A DNA stretch of 33,000 bases from Octopus sinensis (taxonomy: Eukaryota), in assembly GCF_006345805.1 (NCBI RefSeq), contig NC_042999.1, positions 151,063,001 through 151,096,000 of the forward strand, in the 5' to 3' direction. The translations under genes were made by a program, and so were the position numbers. Below, piece after piece: positions 10,027-20,401 of the stretch; the first letter of the stretch is position 1, and the number at the start of each line of letters is the position of its first letter. Below the pieces are notes generated by a model. That model did not search any database and was not told the DNA's origin. It saw nothing but the letters and a program-made list of their open reading frames with translations.

Positions 10027-12066
10027 GTGAGAATTTACAAAAAAAAGACGAAGACGAGTGTGTAAACAACAAACAGATATATTAGTTTAACACTCGGGAA
10101 GTGAGAAAGTCTTTTTACGTTTCCAGCCTACGCTCTTCGACAGAAAGGAACACAGAAATAAACAAGGGGAGAAAATAGAAAAAGGGTTAGTGGCTAGCGA
10201 TCTATCATGGTGAATACCGGACAGAGGGGTCAGAGAGAATAGCTAGGAAGAAGGGGAGATAATAAAGTAGTGGTGGTCCCAAAACGAAGGTGCGCGTGTG
10301 TGCGTATGTGAGAACGTGTATGTGCGTGTGGAAGAGGGCTGGTGACATTGACGTGTGCGTATATAGGTGTGTGGATGATGGTGTACCTGCTGGGAAGTGG
10401 TCAGTACTAGTGGGGTGGTGTGATGTGATGTGGTATGGTGGTATGTGGTGTTGTGGTGTGGTGAGGTGGTGTGGTATATGGTGCTGTGGTGTCTTGTGTG
10501 GTGGTGTGGTGTGGTGGTGTGTAGTGTAGTGGTGTTGGGGTGTGGGGAGGCGAGAGTGAGGGAAGCAAGGGTGGGTCTAAGGGATGCGATGGGGTGGGAT
10601 GTATAGGGATGGTGGAGTTGGAATGTGTAGGGGTGTGGTAGCAAGGGAGGGGTGACGTTGAAGGGAGAGGGTGGAAGGGAGAAGGTGGGTAGGAGTGAAG
10701 AGAGGAAGTAGGTGCTAGAGCAAGATAAGAGAGGTGGGTGGGAGGAAGTAGGTGTGAAAGGGAGAGAGGAGAGAGGAGAAGCGTTAGATGAAGAGCGGAG
10801 GAGAGTTGAGCCCATGTGGCGCAAAGGAGTGAAGAGAGAAGATTAATCCCTGCTCACGGCGAAGACGGGAGTCCGGATGACCCCTGTGCAAGGACAATCC
10901 GAACACAGACAGGTGTTATAAAGATTGACCGGTAGAGCGGAAATGGCGCGAGACCGGGGTGTCGTTGCCGAGTCGAATGTCTCGGAGGTGTTCCGCGAAC
11001 CGGTCAGCCAGGCGGCGTCCCGTTTGACCGATGTATAGAGAAGGGCAGAGAGAGCAGGAGATGCAGTAGATGACGTTGCTTGAAATGCAGGTGAAGGAGT
11101 CAATGACATGATAGGGTCGATAATGGGTGCCTGTGAGGAGGGTGATGTTGGAGAGGTAAGGGCAAGTGCGGCAGTGTGGGCGGGAGCAGGGGAACGAGCC
11201 GGGTTGGGAGGTTGGGTTAGGGAAGAAGCTGTGGACCAAGAGGTCTCGTAGGTTGTGGGCTCGTTTGGAGGAGGGGAAGGGGTCGGTTAGAGAAGATGTG
11301 TGAAGTGGAGGGGTCGGACTGGAGTCGCCGGAAGGCTCGGAGAATGGTGTGTTGGAGAGGTAGGGTGGTGGGGTGGTAGGTGAGGGGAAACGGGAGACGA
11401 ATGACGGCGGGGCGGGTACAGGGGGAGAGAGCAGATACACGGTGCACGAAACGTGCTCTGGCAAGGGCGGTGTGGATAGTGATGAGGGGGAAATCCACGT
11501 AGGATGAAGTGGCAAGCCATGAGTTGAGACTGAGTCTCAAATTCATGGTTGTCACTGCAGAGATACCTGCGTAGACGGAGGAATTAGGAATAGGGGCTGG
11601 AAGCTTGGTGTGTTTAGGGTGGGAGGAGGAGAAGTTGAGGTATGAGTGTGAGTCTGTGTGTTTGTAGTGGATGGCGGTGGTGAGAGGGGAGTGATGAATG
11701 CTGACCGAAATGTCGAGAAAGGCGACTGAGGTGTCGGCAATAGTGCAGGAGAAGTGATAGGCAGGATGGAAAAATTTGAAAAAGTGAGGAAAGAGTCTAG
11801 ATGTTCTCAGGAGAGGTCGCACCGATGCAGTCGTCAATATAACAACAGTATAGTTCAGGAGTGGGACCAGTGAAACATGAGAATATTTGGGCCTCAACGT
11901 AGCCAACGAACAGGTTCGCATAGTTAGGGCCCATTCTCGTTCCCATGGCCACTCCCGAGAACTGCTGGCAAAAATCACCCGCAAACGAGAAGCAGTTAAG
12001 TGAGAAGACAAGTTCGGCCAGATGAAGGAGTGTGGATGTGTCAGGTTGGGGGTTGGGTCGAAGGTA
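10027..12066 (-). mobile_element. 5'-truncated Penelope-like element (Neptune-type): RT C-half, Cys-rich linker, GIY-YIG; frameshifted
   Basis: RT motifs GVAMGTRMGPNYANLF..YIDD, FLDISV, YKHTDSHSYLNFSSSHP; linker FPCSRPHCRTC; endonuclease NVIYCISCSLCPSLYIGQTGRRLADRFAEH. One in-frame stop at 10916-10918 and the ORF remnant ends at 10784. CA-rich 3' UTR, TA runs at both ends. Confidence 0.93.
10111..10148 (-). ncRNA. Degenerate minimal hammerhead-like motif in PLE 3' region
   Basis: CTTT-CTGTCGA-AGAGC GTAG GCTG-GAAA-CG-TA-AAAAG: palindromic ACGT stem III, non-canonical core (U at position 6). Confidence 0.35.
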
Positions 12067-12076
12067 ATATATATAT

Positions 12077-12235
12077 ATAATAAAAGGAAAATGCACACAA
12101 TTTACATAGTTTTAATATATTTTATAAATGAAAAAGTATTGTGTTTGTTGACCGGTTTCACCTTCGCTAATCATGACATTGATATTATTGTAATTTTGTA
12201 TTTTCTTAAGAATATTTTAGTCTATGTTGTGTGCG
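12077..12235 (-). mobile_element. Second copy of the ~170-bp unit, abutting the PLE 5' truncation via (TA)n
   Basis: Inverted homolog of 7287-7454. Confidence 0.7.
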
Positions 12236-12236
12236 G

Positions 12237-12281
<45 letters not shown>

Positions 12282-12290
12282 GTAATAGTA

Positions 12291-12331
<41 letters not shown>

Positions 12332-12352
12332 GTAGTAGTAGTAGTAGTAGTA

Positions 12353-12394
<42 letters not shown>

Positions 12395-12412
12395 GTAGTA
12401 GTTGTAGTAGTA

Positions 12413-12470
<58 letters not shown>
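12237..12470. repeat. (TAA)n/(TAG)n trinucleotide microsatellite
   Basis: Directly visible. Confidence 0.97.
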
Positions 12471-12472
<2 letters not shown>

Positions 12473-13036
12473 TGGTACGTCACACGTATTGTGAAGAGCA
12501 TTGTCGCTGTGAATTTTCTTTCCTCCCCGCTTTATTTTATTTGTTTACTTTTCTATTTTTTAATCTTTCCTTATTCTCCCTGTCTTCCCCTTTTTTCTCA
12601 ATCACATGACTCTGTAAATGAACAACCTGGTGTGTTTGTCTTAATGGCCTACCAATATATACAGTACGTTTCTCTGCCTTAGGTGTCAGGAAGACACTCG
12701 GCAAGAAATAGAGACAGGACTGACAGATGCTAATAATAATAACTATAATAATAATAATAATAATAATAATAATTGTATGGTACGTCACACGTATTGTAAA
12801 GAGCATTGTCGCTGTGAATTTTCTTTCCTCCCCGCTTTATTTTATTTGTTTACTTTTCTATTTTTTAATCTTTCCTTATTCTCCCTGTCTTCCCCTTTTT
12901 TCTCAATCACATGACTCTGTAAATGAACAACCTGGTGTGTTTGTCTTAATGACCTACCAATATATACAGTACGTTTCTCTGCCTTAGGTGTCAGGAAGAC
13001 ACTCGGCAAGAAATAGAGACAGGACTGACAGATGCT
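12471..13036 (+). repeat. 305-bp tandem duplication of a probable R4/Dong 3' UTR plus TAA run (12471-12731 / 12776-13036)
   Basis: Two mismatches in ~260 bp. Terminal motif GCCTTAGGTGTCAGGAAGACACTCGGCAAG resembles the R4 UTR motif at ~17399. Each copy is followed by (TAA)n. Confidence 0.85.
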
Positions 13037-13048
13037 AATAATAATAAC

Positions 13049-13110
<62 letters not shown>

Positions 13111-13761
13111 TGATGATGATGATGATTTCGTATCCTTAGAATATAGGATACTGTCTACTGTAGAATCTCAGGTAGTGGATTCTTTTCCCATTTGCCATCA
13201 CCTTTATTATACTGTTCTGCTATTTCTGCGACTTTAGAAATCAGAAGCAGTCTTTAACAGGATCTGATAATGTATCTGATATTGGTTTGCAATTTATTGA
13301 GACAATGATGGAACTATAAGAAAACACTTGGCTCCGGGGAAGAATCTTATCAGTGATTGTATGAACACAATACCACTTGCGTCGTCTATTATCTCAACCA
13401 ATTTTCCTCCACATTTATGCATGCGCATGTGTGTGTGTGCGGTATATGTGTATAGCATGCGTATATATCACGTCCTTACCACCCAATTATTTTGTAATAT
13501 TGTTAATGGTTATAAAATCTCTCTATAAAGTTATTCTTTTACATGTTAAAGACATTGAATATTTACAGCACAGATGCAAAGTTGTAAAGCAAATTGAAGC
13601 CTTTGTTATCTTCTATTTCTTTCCATAATATAGGCGTAGGAGTGGCTGCGTGGTAAGTAGTCCCACTGCGTGTACCTTGGACAAGTGTCTTCTACTATAG
13701 CCTCGGGCCGACCAAAGCCTTGTGAGTGGATTTGGTAGACGGAAACTGAAAGAAGCCCGTC

Positions 13762-13800
<39 letters not shown>

Positions 13801-13804
<4 letters not shown>

Positions 13805-15358
13805 CCACCCTTATAGAGTATGGAATAAAACGTGCCAAAGAACTAGACAACATTACACTGAAAACCACCCAACCTAACACCACACACAACCCCAAAATAC
13901 TTCCATACATTTCCACCCACAACCCCAAAAATATCGAAGCATACACCACAATCATACAAAACCTCAGTCTACTGTCAACAGACCCAAAAATGAAAAACAT
14001 TATAAATACACACAAAATCCTCAAATGTAAAAGGCAACACAAATCTTTAAAAAAACTCTTGACAAATGCCAAACTTCACACACCACATCCACCCCCAGCA
14101 GTTAAAAAAATGTGCACGCCCAAACTGAAGGCTCTGAATTTATCTTCAAACAAGGAACGAAGTTTAAAATCAAGACTAACTTCTTCTGTTCCTCCGAGAA
14201 CCTTATCTACGTTCTCACATGCGCTGGTTGCCAACATAATTATGTTGGACAAACGAGTCTCCCGTTACGTAAACGAGTAGCGGTGCATAAAGAACAAATA
14301 AATCTCCCGGAATACCGACAAATTCCACTGAGTGACCACATAGACTCATGCGCTAAAGACATAAATCCCAAATTCTACATATTCCCCTTCTACCAATGCA
14401 AAGACGGGATCACCACACAGGAGAGAATTAACAAGGAGAATCTCTTTATTGAAAAATTCAAAACGCAACTTAATATGTAAACTCCTCGTTGATCATACTT
14501 CCTTTTTCTACCTCATTCTTCATGGATGGACTAACACAAATATATAAGGATACCATGCATTCATCACTTCAAGCTAAAACTTATATTCTTTAAATATCAT
14601 TATTATTATTGTTGTTATTATTACTATCATTTTTATTATATATGACATAACAATCTGGAATGTAATTATAAATTGGTTTATGCAAATTTATATAATTAGA
14701 AAATAATATAAATAAAGTGTTAAAATCTGAATGTTAAGTTAGCAAACAATTATATAAAAAAGATAATGCAAATGAAGCTAAAATGATAATTTTATAATTT
14801 AAGGTTTATTAACACCCTTTATTACAAAAAATTGATAAACACAAATTGAAGAGCTCAAAACCCATAGAGTTGTCTCCCCTTATTCACAACACAGGAACTG
14901 AAGAACTACTACTACTACTTCCTGTTTTGCCAACACCCTTAATTAAACTAAACAACACATGGTTTTAATCCCATTGGATCCTAATACTTCAAGGTAATTT
15001 TTTCGTGAACAATCATTAAACTCAAGATACACAAAGACTTCACAATGTATCAGAGTACTTATTTTTTAATTTTTGTATATATTTATTATTATTTTTTTGC
15101 AAAAAACAATGTAATTTTCTTTTTTCCCCCTTCTCACTTAAAAAAAAATTTTTTCATTTACAATTCTTGAAAAGTCACATTATGACGAAAACCGGTTTGA
15201 ATTAATATATATTTATATATTTTATCAATTTTTCAAAAACTTTTTCCATACACCCATTTTCATTAAAATTTTCTTTCAATTTAGCATTCTGCCTTTTCAC
15301 AATTTTTCCTTGCTTATCATTTCTCCACGTGCGGTCAACACAACCCCACCATTTATTG
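13801..15358 (+). mobile_element. 5'-truncated Penelope-like element (linker + GIY-YIG + long AT-rich 3' region)
   Basis: LPYISTHNPKN..KRQHKSLKKLLTNAK..KKC, then a frameshift, then FFCSSENLIYVLTCAGCQHNYVGQTSLPLRKRVAVH..RINKENLFIEKFKTQLN* (stop 14480). Confidence 0.9.
15162..15203 (+). ncRNA. Minimal type I hammerhead ribozyme candidate with U3-A8 core
   Basis: AATTC-TTGAAAA-GTCA CATTA TGAC-GAAA-ACCGGT-TT-GAATT: 5-bp stem I, 4-bp stem II, palindromic stem III, located in the PLE 3' region. Confidence 0.55.
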
Positions 15359-15375
15359 ATCTATCTATCTATCTA

Positions 15376-15450
<75 letters not shown>

Positions 15451-15459
15451 ATATGTATG

Positions 15460-15491
<32 letters not shown>

Positions 15492-15515
15492 CATGTATGT
15501 ATGTATGTATGTGAG
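15359..15515. repeat. (TCTA)n-(TA)n-(TATG)n microsatellite
   Basis: Directly visible. Confidence 0.95.
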
Positions 15516-15880
15516 TGTGTATATGTTTGTGTGTCTGTGTTTGTCCCCCAACATCGCTTGACAACCGATGCTGTGTGTTTACGTCCCCGTAACTTAGCGG
15601 TTCGGCAAAAGAGACCGATAGAATAAGTACTAGGCTTACAAAGAATAAGTCCTGTGGTTAATTTGCTCGACTAAAGGCGGTACTCCAGCATGACCACAGT
15701 CAAATGACTGAAACAAGTAAAAGAATAAAAGAGTAAAAGAGTGATGATAGAGGATTCTGCCTACCACGTTGTTTTAGTGTTCATGGAATAGGTTTGACTA
15801 AACTGATCAAATTATCTCCGAAGAAAATAAACAAGGGTTTAGGAGGGACTCTTCGGGAGACAATTACGTCGATATATTCA

Positions 15881-16420
15881 ATAATGATCCATCGAGAGCT
15901 CTGTGAAAATCACGGCCTACAAAGAGCAAAGACGTGGTGTGAACAAACACCAGAAGAAGGAGTCACCGAAAATGAGAACTGCAAAATCTTGTGGGATGTA
16001 ATGATTCGGTGTGATCACCTGACCAGACATAGGAAACCGGACATTGTTGTGGTGAAAGAAAAAAAAAAGGAAACATGTATGATTATCGACATAGCATGCC
16101 CTGGTGACAACAGGATCAATGTGAAAGAAGAAAAAATAAACAACCACGACGATTTAAAGTAGTAAATGAAGAGAGTAGACGTGATGCCAATAGTAATTGA
16201 TGCACTTGGAAGTATCAGTACTCAACTACTAACATGGCTGAAAAACATCGGTGCAAGTGTGAAGGTAGAACACTTACAAAAGTCAGCATTTCTTGGAACT
16301 CCAAGAATTCTTCGCAGGGTTCTTGAAGCATGACCGGTAAACAAGTGTCACCTTAATCTGCTGTCTGTGGACAGCTGACACTTTCCATCATACCCAGAAA
16401 AATAAGCTGTGTGTGTTCAC

Positions 16421-16421
<1 letters not shown>
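15881..16421 (+). mobile_element. R4/Dong-clade non-LTR retrotransposon 3' fragment A (REL endonuclease + 3' UTR)
   Basis: IHRELC..W.E.TPE..ENENCKILWD..CDHL..RKPDIVVV..IIDIACPGD..VMPIVIDALG..LQKSAFLGT.RILRRVL* (stop 16333). Internal stops; (TAA)n tail 16422-16495. Confidence 0.9.
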
Positions 16422-16495
<74 letters not shown>

Positions 16496-16498
<3 letters not shown>

Positions 16499-17052
16499 GC
16501 CCTGATGCAGTACCAGGCAGTGGCTCTCATGGCTTCTGATCTTAACTGATTGGAAGTGTTATCATGTACATTGTTTTGTCTTGGTATAAAAGATGGGCTA
16601 CAGCAAATATTCTGCTCAATACCACAGATTTACTTGTCAGTTGTTTGACCTTAACCAGTTGAGCGTGTCCCTTAGTGGCTGACGATATGTGCATCTCTGA
16701 TCACGAGCAGAAGTAGTGGAGGAGCATCATAGCCATGTGCTGAGAGGGATTCTTTGGGGTTTGAATAATTCACCTCTGGAAACATGGGTAGTTCTTTCAA
16801 CATCCTTAAACAACCCTTATTCAGGGACCGTTTGAGCGGGATGGGCTACTCAACCTGAAGAAAATTCTAACTGGGCCCCACCTGCAAGGTCATGCGCTGT
16901 TTATCTTGATATGAGATCACCATGTCGCGCACATATGGTTGTGATGCATGTGCCTGGTGTACCCTTATCAGATGGGTAGTCATGATGGGTATATTGGGCT
17001 TCGTATATTTTACCCCAGTGTCACTTTGATGGCATGAACTGCTCTCTCACTC
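16496..17052. mobile_element. 557-bp non-coding element X, copy 1, embedded in (TAA)n
   Basis: Near-identical to 17543-18099. No ORF of 60 aa or more in the track; TAA runs on both sides. Confidence 0.8.
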
Positions 17053-17073
17053 AATAATAATAATAATAATAAT

Positions 17074-17465
17074 ATATCTGTAAAGGAATTCGACAAACTT
17101 AGTAAAAACAAGGACCTGAAAATCGAAATACAAAAGATGTGGAATCTTAAAACAAAAACTGTTCCTGTTATTGTAGGTGCCCTAGGTATGATAAAAAAGC
17201 TATGTCAGAAACACCTAGACAATATCCCTGGAGAACCATGTCTCAAGGAAATCCAAAAGATTGCGCTAACAAGTACTGCCCACATCCTTAGAAAAACCCT
17301 ATCAATGTAAATGTTTGTGTTGTATTACATGGAGATATTTCTCTACTTCCCCTCCCCAAGCATTCAGCTATATTTCAACAACTCTTAACCTTCACTTGCC
17401 CTAGGGCGCTAGGTGTGCCCCGGCAAGTGATTGCATCAAACATGCAGATTAAAAGTAAATGACAA
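17074..17465 (+). mobile_element. R4/Dong-clade 3' fragment B
   Basis: ISVKEFDKLSKNKDLKIEIQKMWNLKTKTVPVIVGALG..EIQKIALTSTAHILRKTLSM* (stop 17310), then UTR and (TAA)n. Confidence 0.88.
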
Positions 17466-17466
17466 C

Positions 17467-17517
<51 letters not shown>

Positions 17518-17542
17518 TAATAATAATGATAATAATACATAT

Positions 17543-18099
17543 AATGCCCTGATGCAGTACCAGGCAGTGGTTCTCATGGCTTCTGATCTTAACTGATTGG
17601 AAGTGTTATCATGTACATTGTTTTGTCTTGGTATAAAAGATGGGCTACAGCAAATATTCTGCTCAATACCACAGATTTGCTTGTCAGTTGTTTGACCTTA
17701 ACCAGTTGAGCATGTCCCTTAGTGGCTGACGATATGTGCATCTCTGATCACGAGCAGAAGTAGTGGGGGAGCATCATAGCCATGTGTTGAGAGGGATTCT
17801 TTGGGGTTTGAATAGTTCACCTCTGGAAACATGGGTGGTTCTTTCAACATCCTTAAACAACCCTTATTCAGGGACCGTTTGAGCGGGATGGGCTACTCAA
17901 CCTGAAGAAAATTCTAACTGGGCCCCACCTGCAAGGTCATGTGCTGTTTATCTTGATATGAGATCACCATGTCGCGCACATATGGTTGTGATGCATGTGC
18001 CTGGTGTACCTTTATCAGACGGGTAGTCATGATGGGTATATTGGGCTTCGTATATTTTACCCCAGTGTCACTTTGATGGCATGAACTGCTCTCTCACTC
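17543..18099. mobile_element. 557-bp non-coding element X, copy 2
   Basis: 10 substitutions vs copy 1 by eye, no indels. Confidence 0.8.
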
Positions 18100-18133
<34 letters not shown>

Positions 18134-18136
<3 letters not shown>

Positions 18137-18466
18137 TGGAACCTCAATATTAAAACAACACTTATTGTCATAGGTGCCCTAGCTCAGATACCAGGAAGCC
18201 CCAAAATGGCAAAAATTCAAAAGATAGTGCTCATGGGAATTGCCCACAATCTACATAAAATACTGTCCATGCAATCTCAAATTTTAAAACAAACTTGTAA
18301 TTTTCTTATGTTTTCTTAAACATTCTTGAGAACAATACTATATGCAAGACCAAATATATGACATCCCAGGCATAACGCCAACATCAACTTCTAACTTGTT
18401 GTCTCTTGAGATCTCTGGGTGAGACTTGGAGTCAACTTTACAAATACAAAGCAAAAGTCAAACATA
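18134..18466 (+). mobile_element. R4/Dong-clade 3' fragment C
   Basis: MWNLNIKTTLIVIGAL..IQKIVLMGIAHNLHKILSM; UTR motif TTGAGATCTCTGGGTGAGACTTGG; TAA tail. Confidence 0.8.
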
Positions 18467-18480
18467 TAATAATAATAATA

Positions 18481-19111
18481 AGATCAAAACTTGCTTACAA
18501 AAAACTACCAGGCTAACGTTATTCAAAACCGTTCTGCCCCTAAATGCAGATTCTGTGACACATTGACGAAGCAATAGATCATCTCGTCTCTAGATGTTCT
18601 GTACTGGTACTAAACGAGAACAAAAATCGCCACGATAGGGTAGGGCAGTATTTACACTGGAAAACGTAAACACTACAAAATCAGCACTCCTGCTTATTGG
18701 TATGAACACCATTCTGAGCCAGTTAAGGTAAGGTTAACATGTCACTATCTTCTCAAATTTTCCAGTCAACATTGACAGAACGATCCAGGCTAAACGAACA
18801 GACATAATTATTAAAAACAGGGACGAAAATACTTGTAGATTAATAGATGTAAGTGTTCCCACTGATAAAAACATATCTGTCAAGGAATTTAACAAACTAA
18901 GTAAATATAAAGACCTGGAAATTGAAATACAAAAGATGTGGCATCTTAAAACGAGAACTGTTCCTGTTATTGTAGGTGCCCTGGGTATGATAAAAAAAAG
19001 GGATGTCAGAAAAATCTAGATAAGATCCCAGGAGAACAATGTCTCAAAGAAATTCAAAAGTTTGTACTGACAAATACTGCCCACATCCTTAGAAAAACCC
19101 TATCCATTTAA
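18481..19111 (+). mobile_element. R4/Dong-clade fragment D (CCHC knuckle + REL endonuclease), no 3' UTR
   Basis: CRFCD..E.IDHLVS.C..RHDRVGQYLHWK..WYEH..TDIIIK..LIDVSVPTDKNISVKEF.KL.KYKDL..VPVIVGALG..TAHILRKTLSI*, with frameshifts. Closely related to fragment B. Confidence 0.9.
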
Positions 19112-19404
19112 TTGAGATCGTTAAGATGTGGAAACTACGAGAGTCAAACATAAAGGTTGTCCCTATTGTCATCGAAGCATTGGGTTCAATACCACCCAAC
19201 CTGAAAAAACATCTGGAAACTTTAGAAATACCCTGCAATCTAGATGTATTGCAAAAATCGGCATTATTTGGAACTGCACACATATTGCGTAAAGTACTGT
19301 CTGTCTGAGGTCCTTGTTGTGACTTGACAAACAGTACAAACCCCCAGTAGGCACAATATCTTCAATCAACAACATCACGATATTGGATACTGAGCGGCGT
19401 CTCA
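19112..19404 (+). mobile_element. R4/Dong-clade 3' fragment E
   Basis: EIVKMWKLRESNIKVVPIVIEALGSIP..LQKSALFGTAHILRKVLSV* (stop 19308), UTR, (TAA)n. Confidence 0.88.
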
Positions 19405-19460
<56 letters not shown>

Positions 19461-19479
19461 TGATGATAATGATAGCAAT

Positions 19480-20008
19480 AGCTTATATGGGAGGCTGAGA
19501 GAACAACTTCAGGATTGCCTTAATGGAGGAATAATACCAGGCTGGATGACTAGAGGAAGAGCAGTACTCTTTATGAAAGGTAGCAGAAGTGAGTGTAATA
19601 CAGCTAACAGCTATAGACCAATCAGTTGCTTACTATTAGCGTGGGAGCTGGTAACAGAAATGCTTTCAGGAAGCATTTACGAGCACCTTGACAAACCAAA
19701 TTTACTGCCAGAAGAACAGAAAGGTTTCAGGAAGAAGGCTAGAGGAACACATGATCTATTATACACAGACAATGCTGTTCTAAAGAAAACCTATGATATG
19801 ATCCCACATACACGGATAAATGAATGAGTATATACGGCATTGCAGATAATATTAGAGAATTAATTAGCTTTAGCATGAAAAAATGGAAAGTAGAGCTCTA
19901 CTCAGGTGACACAGTCTTAAGGAAAGGAATTTTCCAAGGAGACTTGTTATCCCTTTTAATATTTGTCTTATGTGTGATCCCCTTTAGTTTAGTATTGAGG
20001 AAGGCAAG
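19480..20008 (+). mobile_element. R4/Dong-clade reverse transcriptase fragment (N-terminal RT domains, internal deletions)
   Basis: IPGWMTRGRAVL..SYRPISCL..LLPEEQKGFRK..RGTHDLL..YDMIPH..RKGIFQGDLLSLLIFVLCVIPFS. Confidence 0.88.
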
Positions 20009-20118
20009 GGCACCCTGGGGTCGATGATGTATACACTGGGATCGATTTAATCGGCTTTCCCTTTCCCTCAGAATTGGTGGTCTTGTGCCAAAATTAAAAA
20101 GGACTTGCAATAACAACC

Positions 20119-20119
20119 G

Positions 20120-20207
<88 letters not shown>
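20119..20207. repeat. (CTA)n microsatellite
   Basis: Directly visible. Confidence 0.96.
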
Positions 20208-20331
20208 GTTTAAGACGTCGCACAGTATCCAATATCGTGATGCTGTAGATTGAAGATATTCTGTCTACCGTGGGGTTTGTACTGCCTGTCAAGTCACAAC
20301 AAGGACTTCAGGCAATATGCGTGCAGTTCCA
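20208..20331 (-). mobile_element. R4/Dong 3' end, subfamily E, inverted relative to 19270-19404
   Basis: Reverse complement GGAACTGCACGCATATTGC..GTCCTTGTTGTGACTTGAC..CATCACGATATTGGATACTG matches fragment E. (TTA)n at 20333-20418 lies on its other side. Confidence 0.85.

Positions 20332-20401
<70 letters not shown>

Larger units (their letters stand above)
13633..15742 (+). mobile_element. SINE family B split by PLE insertion: 5' half 13633-13762, 3' half ~15516-15742
   Basis: Both halves match 2976-3395, and microsatellite lies on both sides of the inserted PLE. Confidence 0.85.

Noticed and set aside
12217-12987. Poly-Ile/Asn/Leu ORFs; also 28166-28977 and 29261-29619
   Set aside because: Trinucleotide or pyrimidine low-complexity sequence. 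Only the first ~40 aa of 28166 is meaningful (RTE relic).
13130-13260. Minus-strand open stretch SKVAEIAEQYNKGDGKWEKNPLPEILQ
   Set aside because: Bounded by stops, ambiguous splice sites and no homology recognised.
16496-17052. Hammerhead or HDV-like ribozyme inside element X (CTGATG at its start, CTGAAGA at 16856)
   Set aside because: No downstream stem II/GAAA arrangement and no valid P1-P3 pseudoknot found by eye; a covariance-model search would be needed to exclude it fully.
16422-18133. Repeat-spacer alternation resembling a CRISPR array; same thought for the 19-bp repeats at 5755-6047
   Set aside because: Eukaryotic context, repeats are simple TAA runs or abutting degenerate units, and there are no cas genes.
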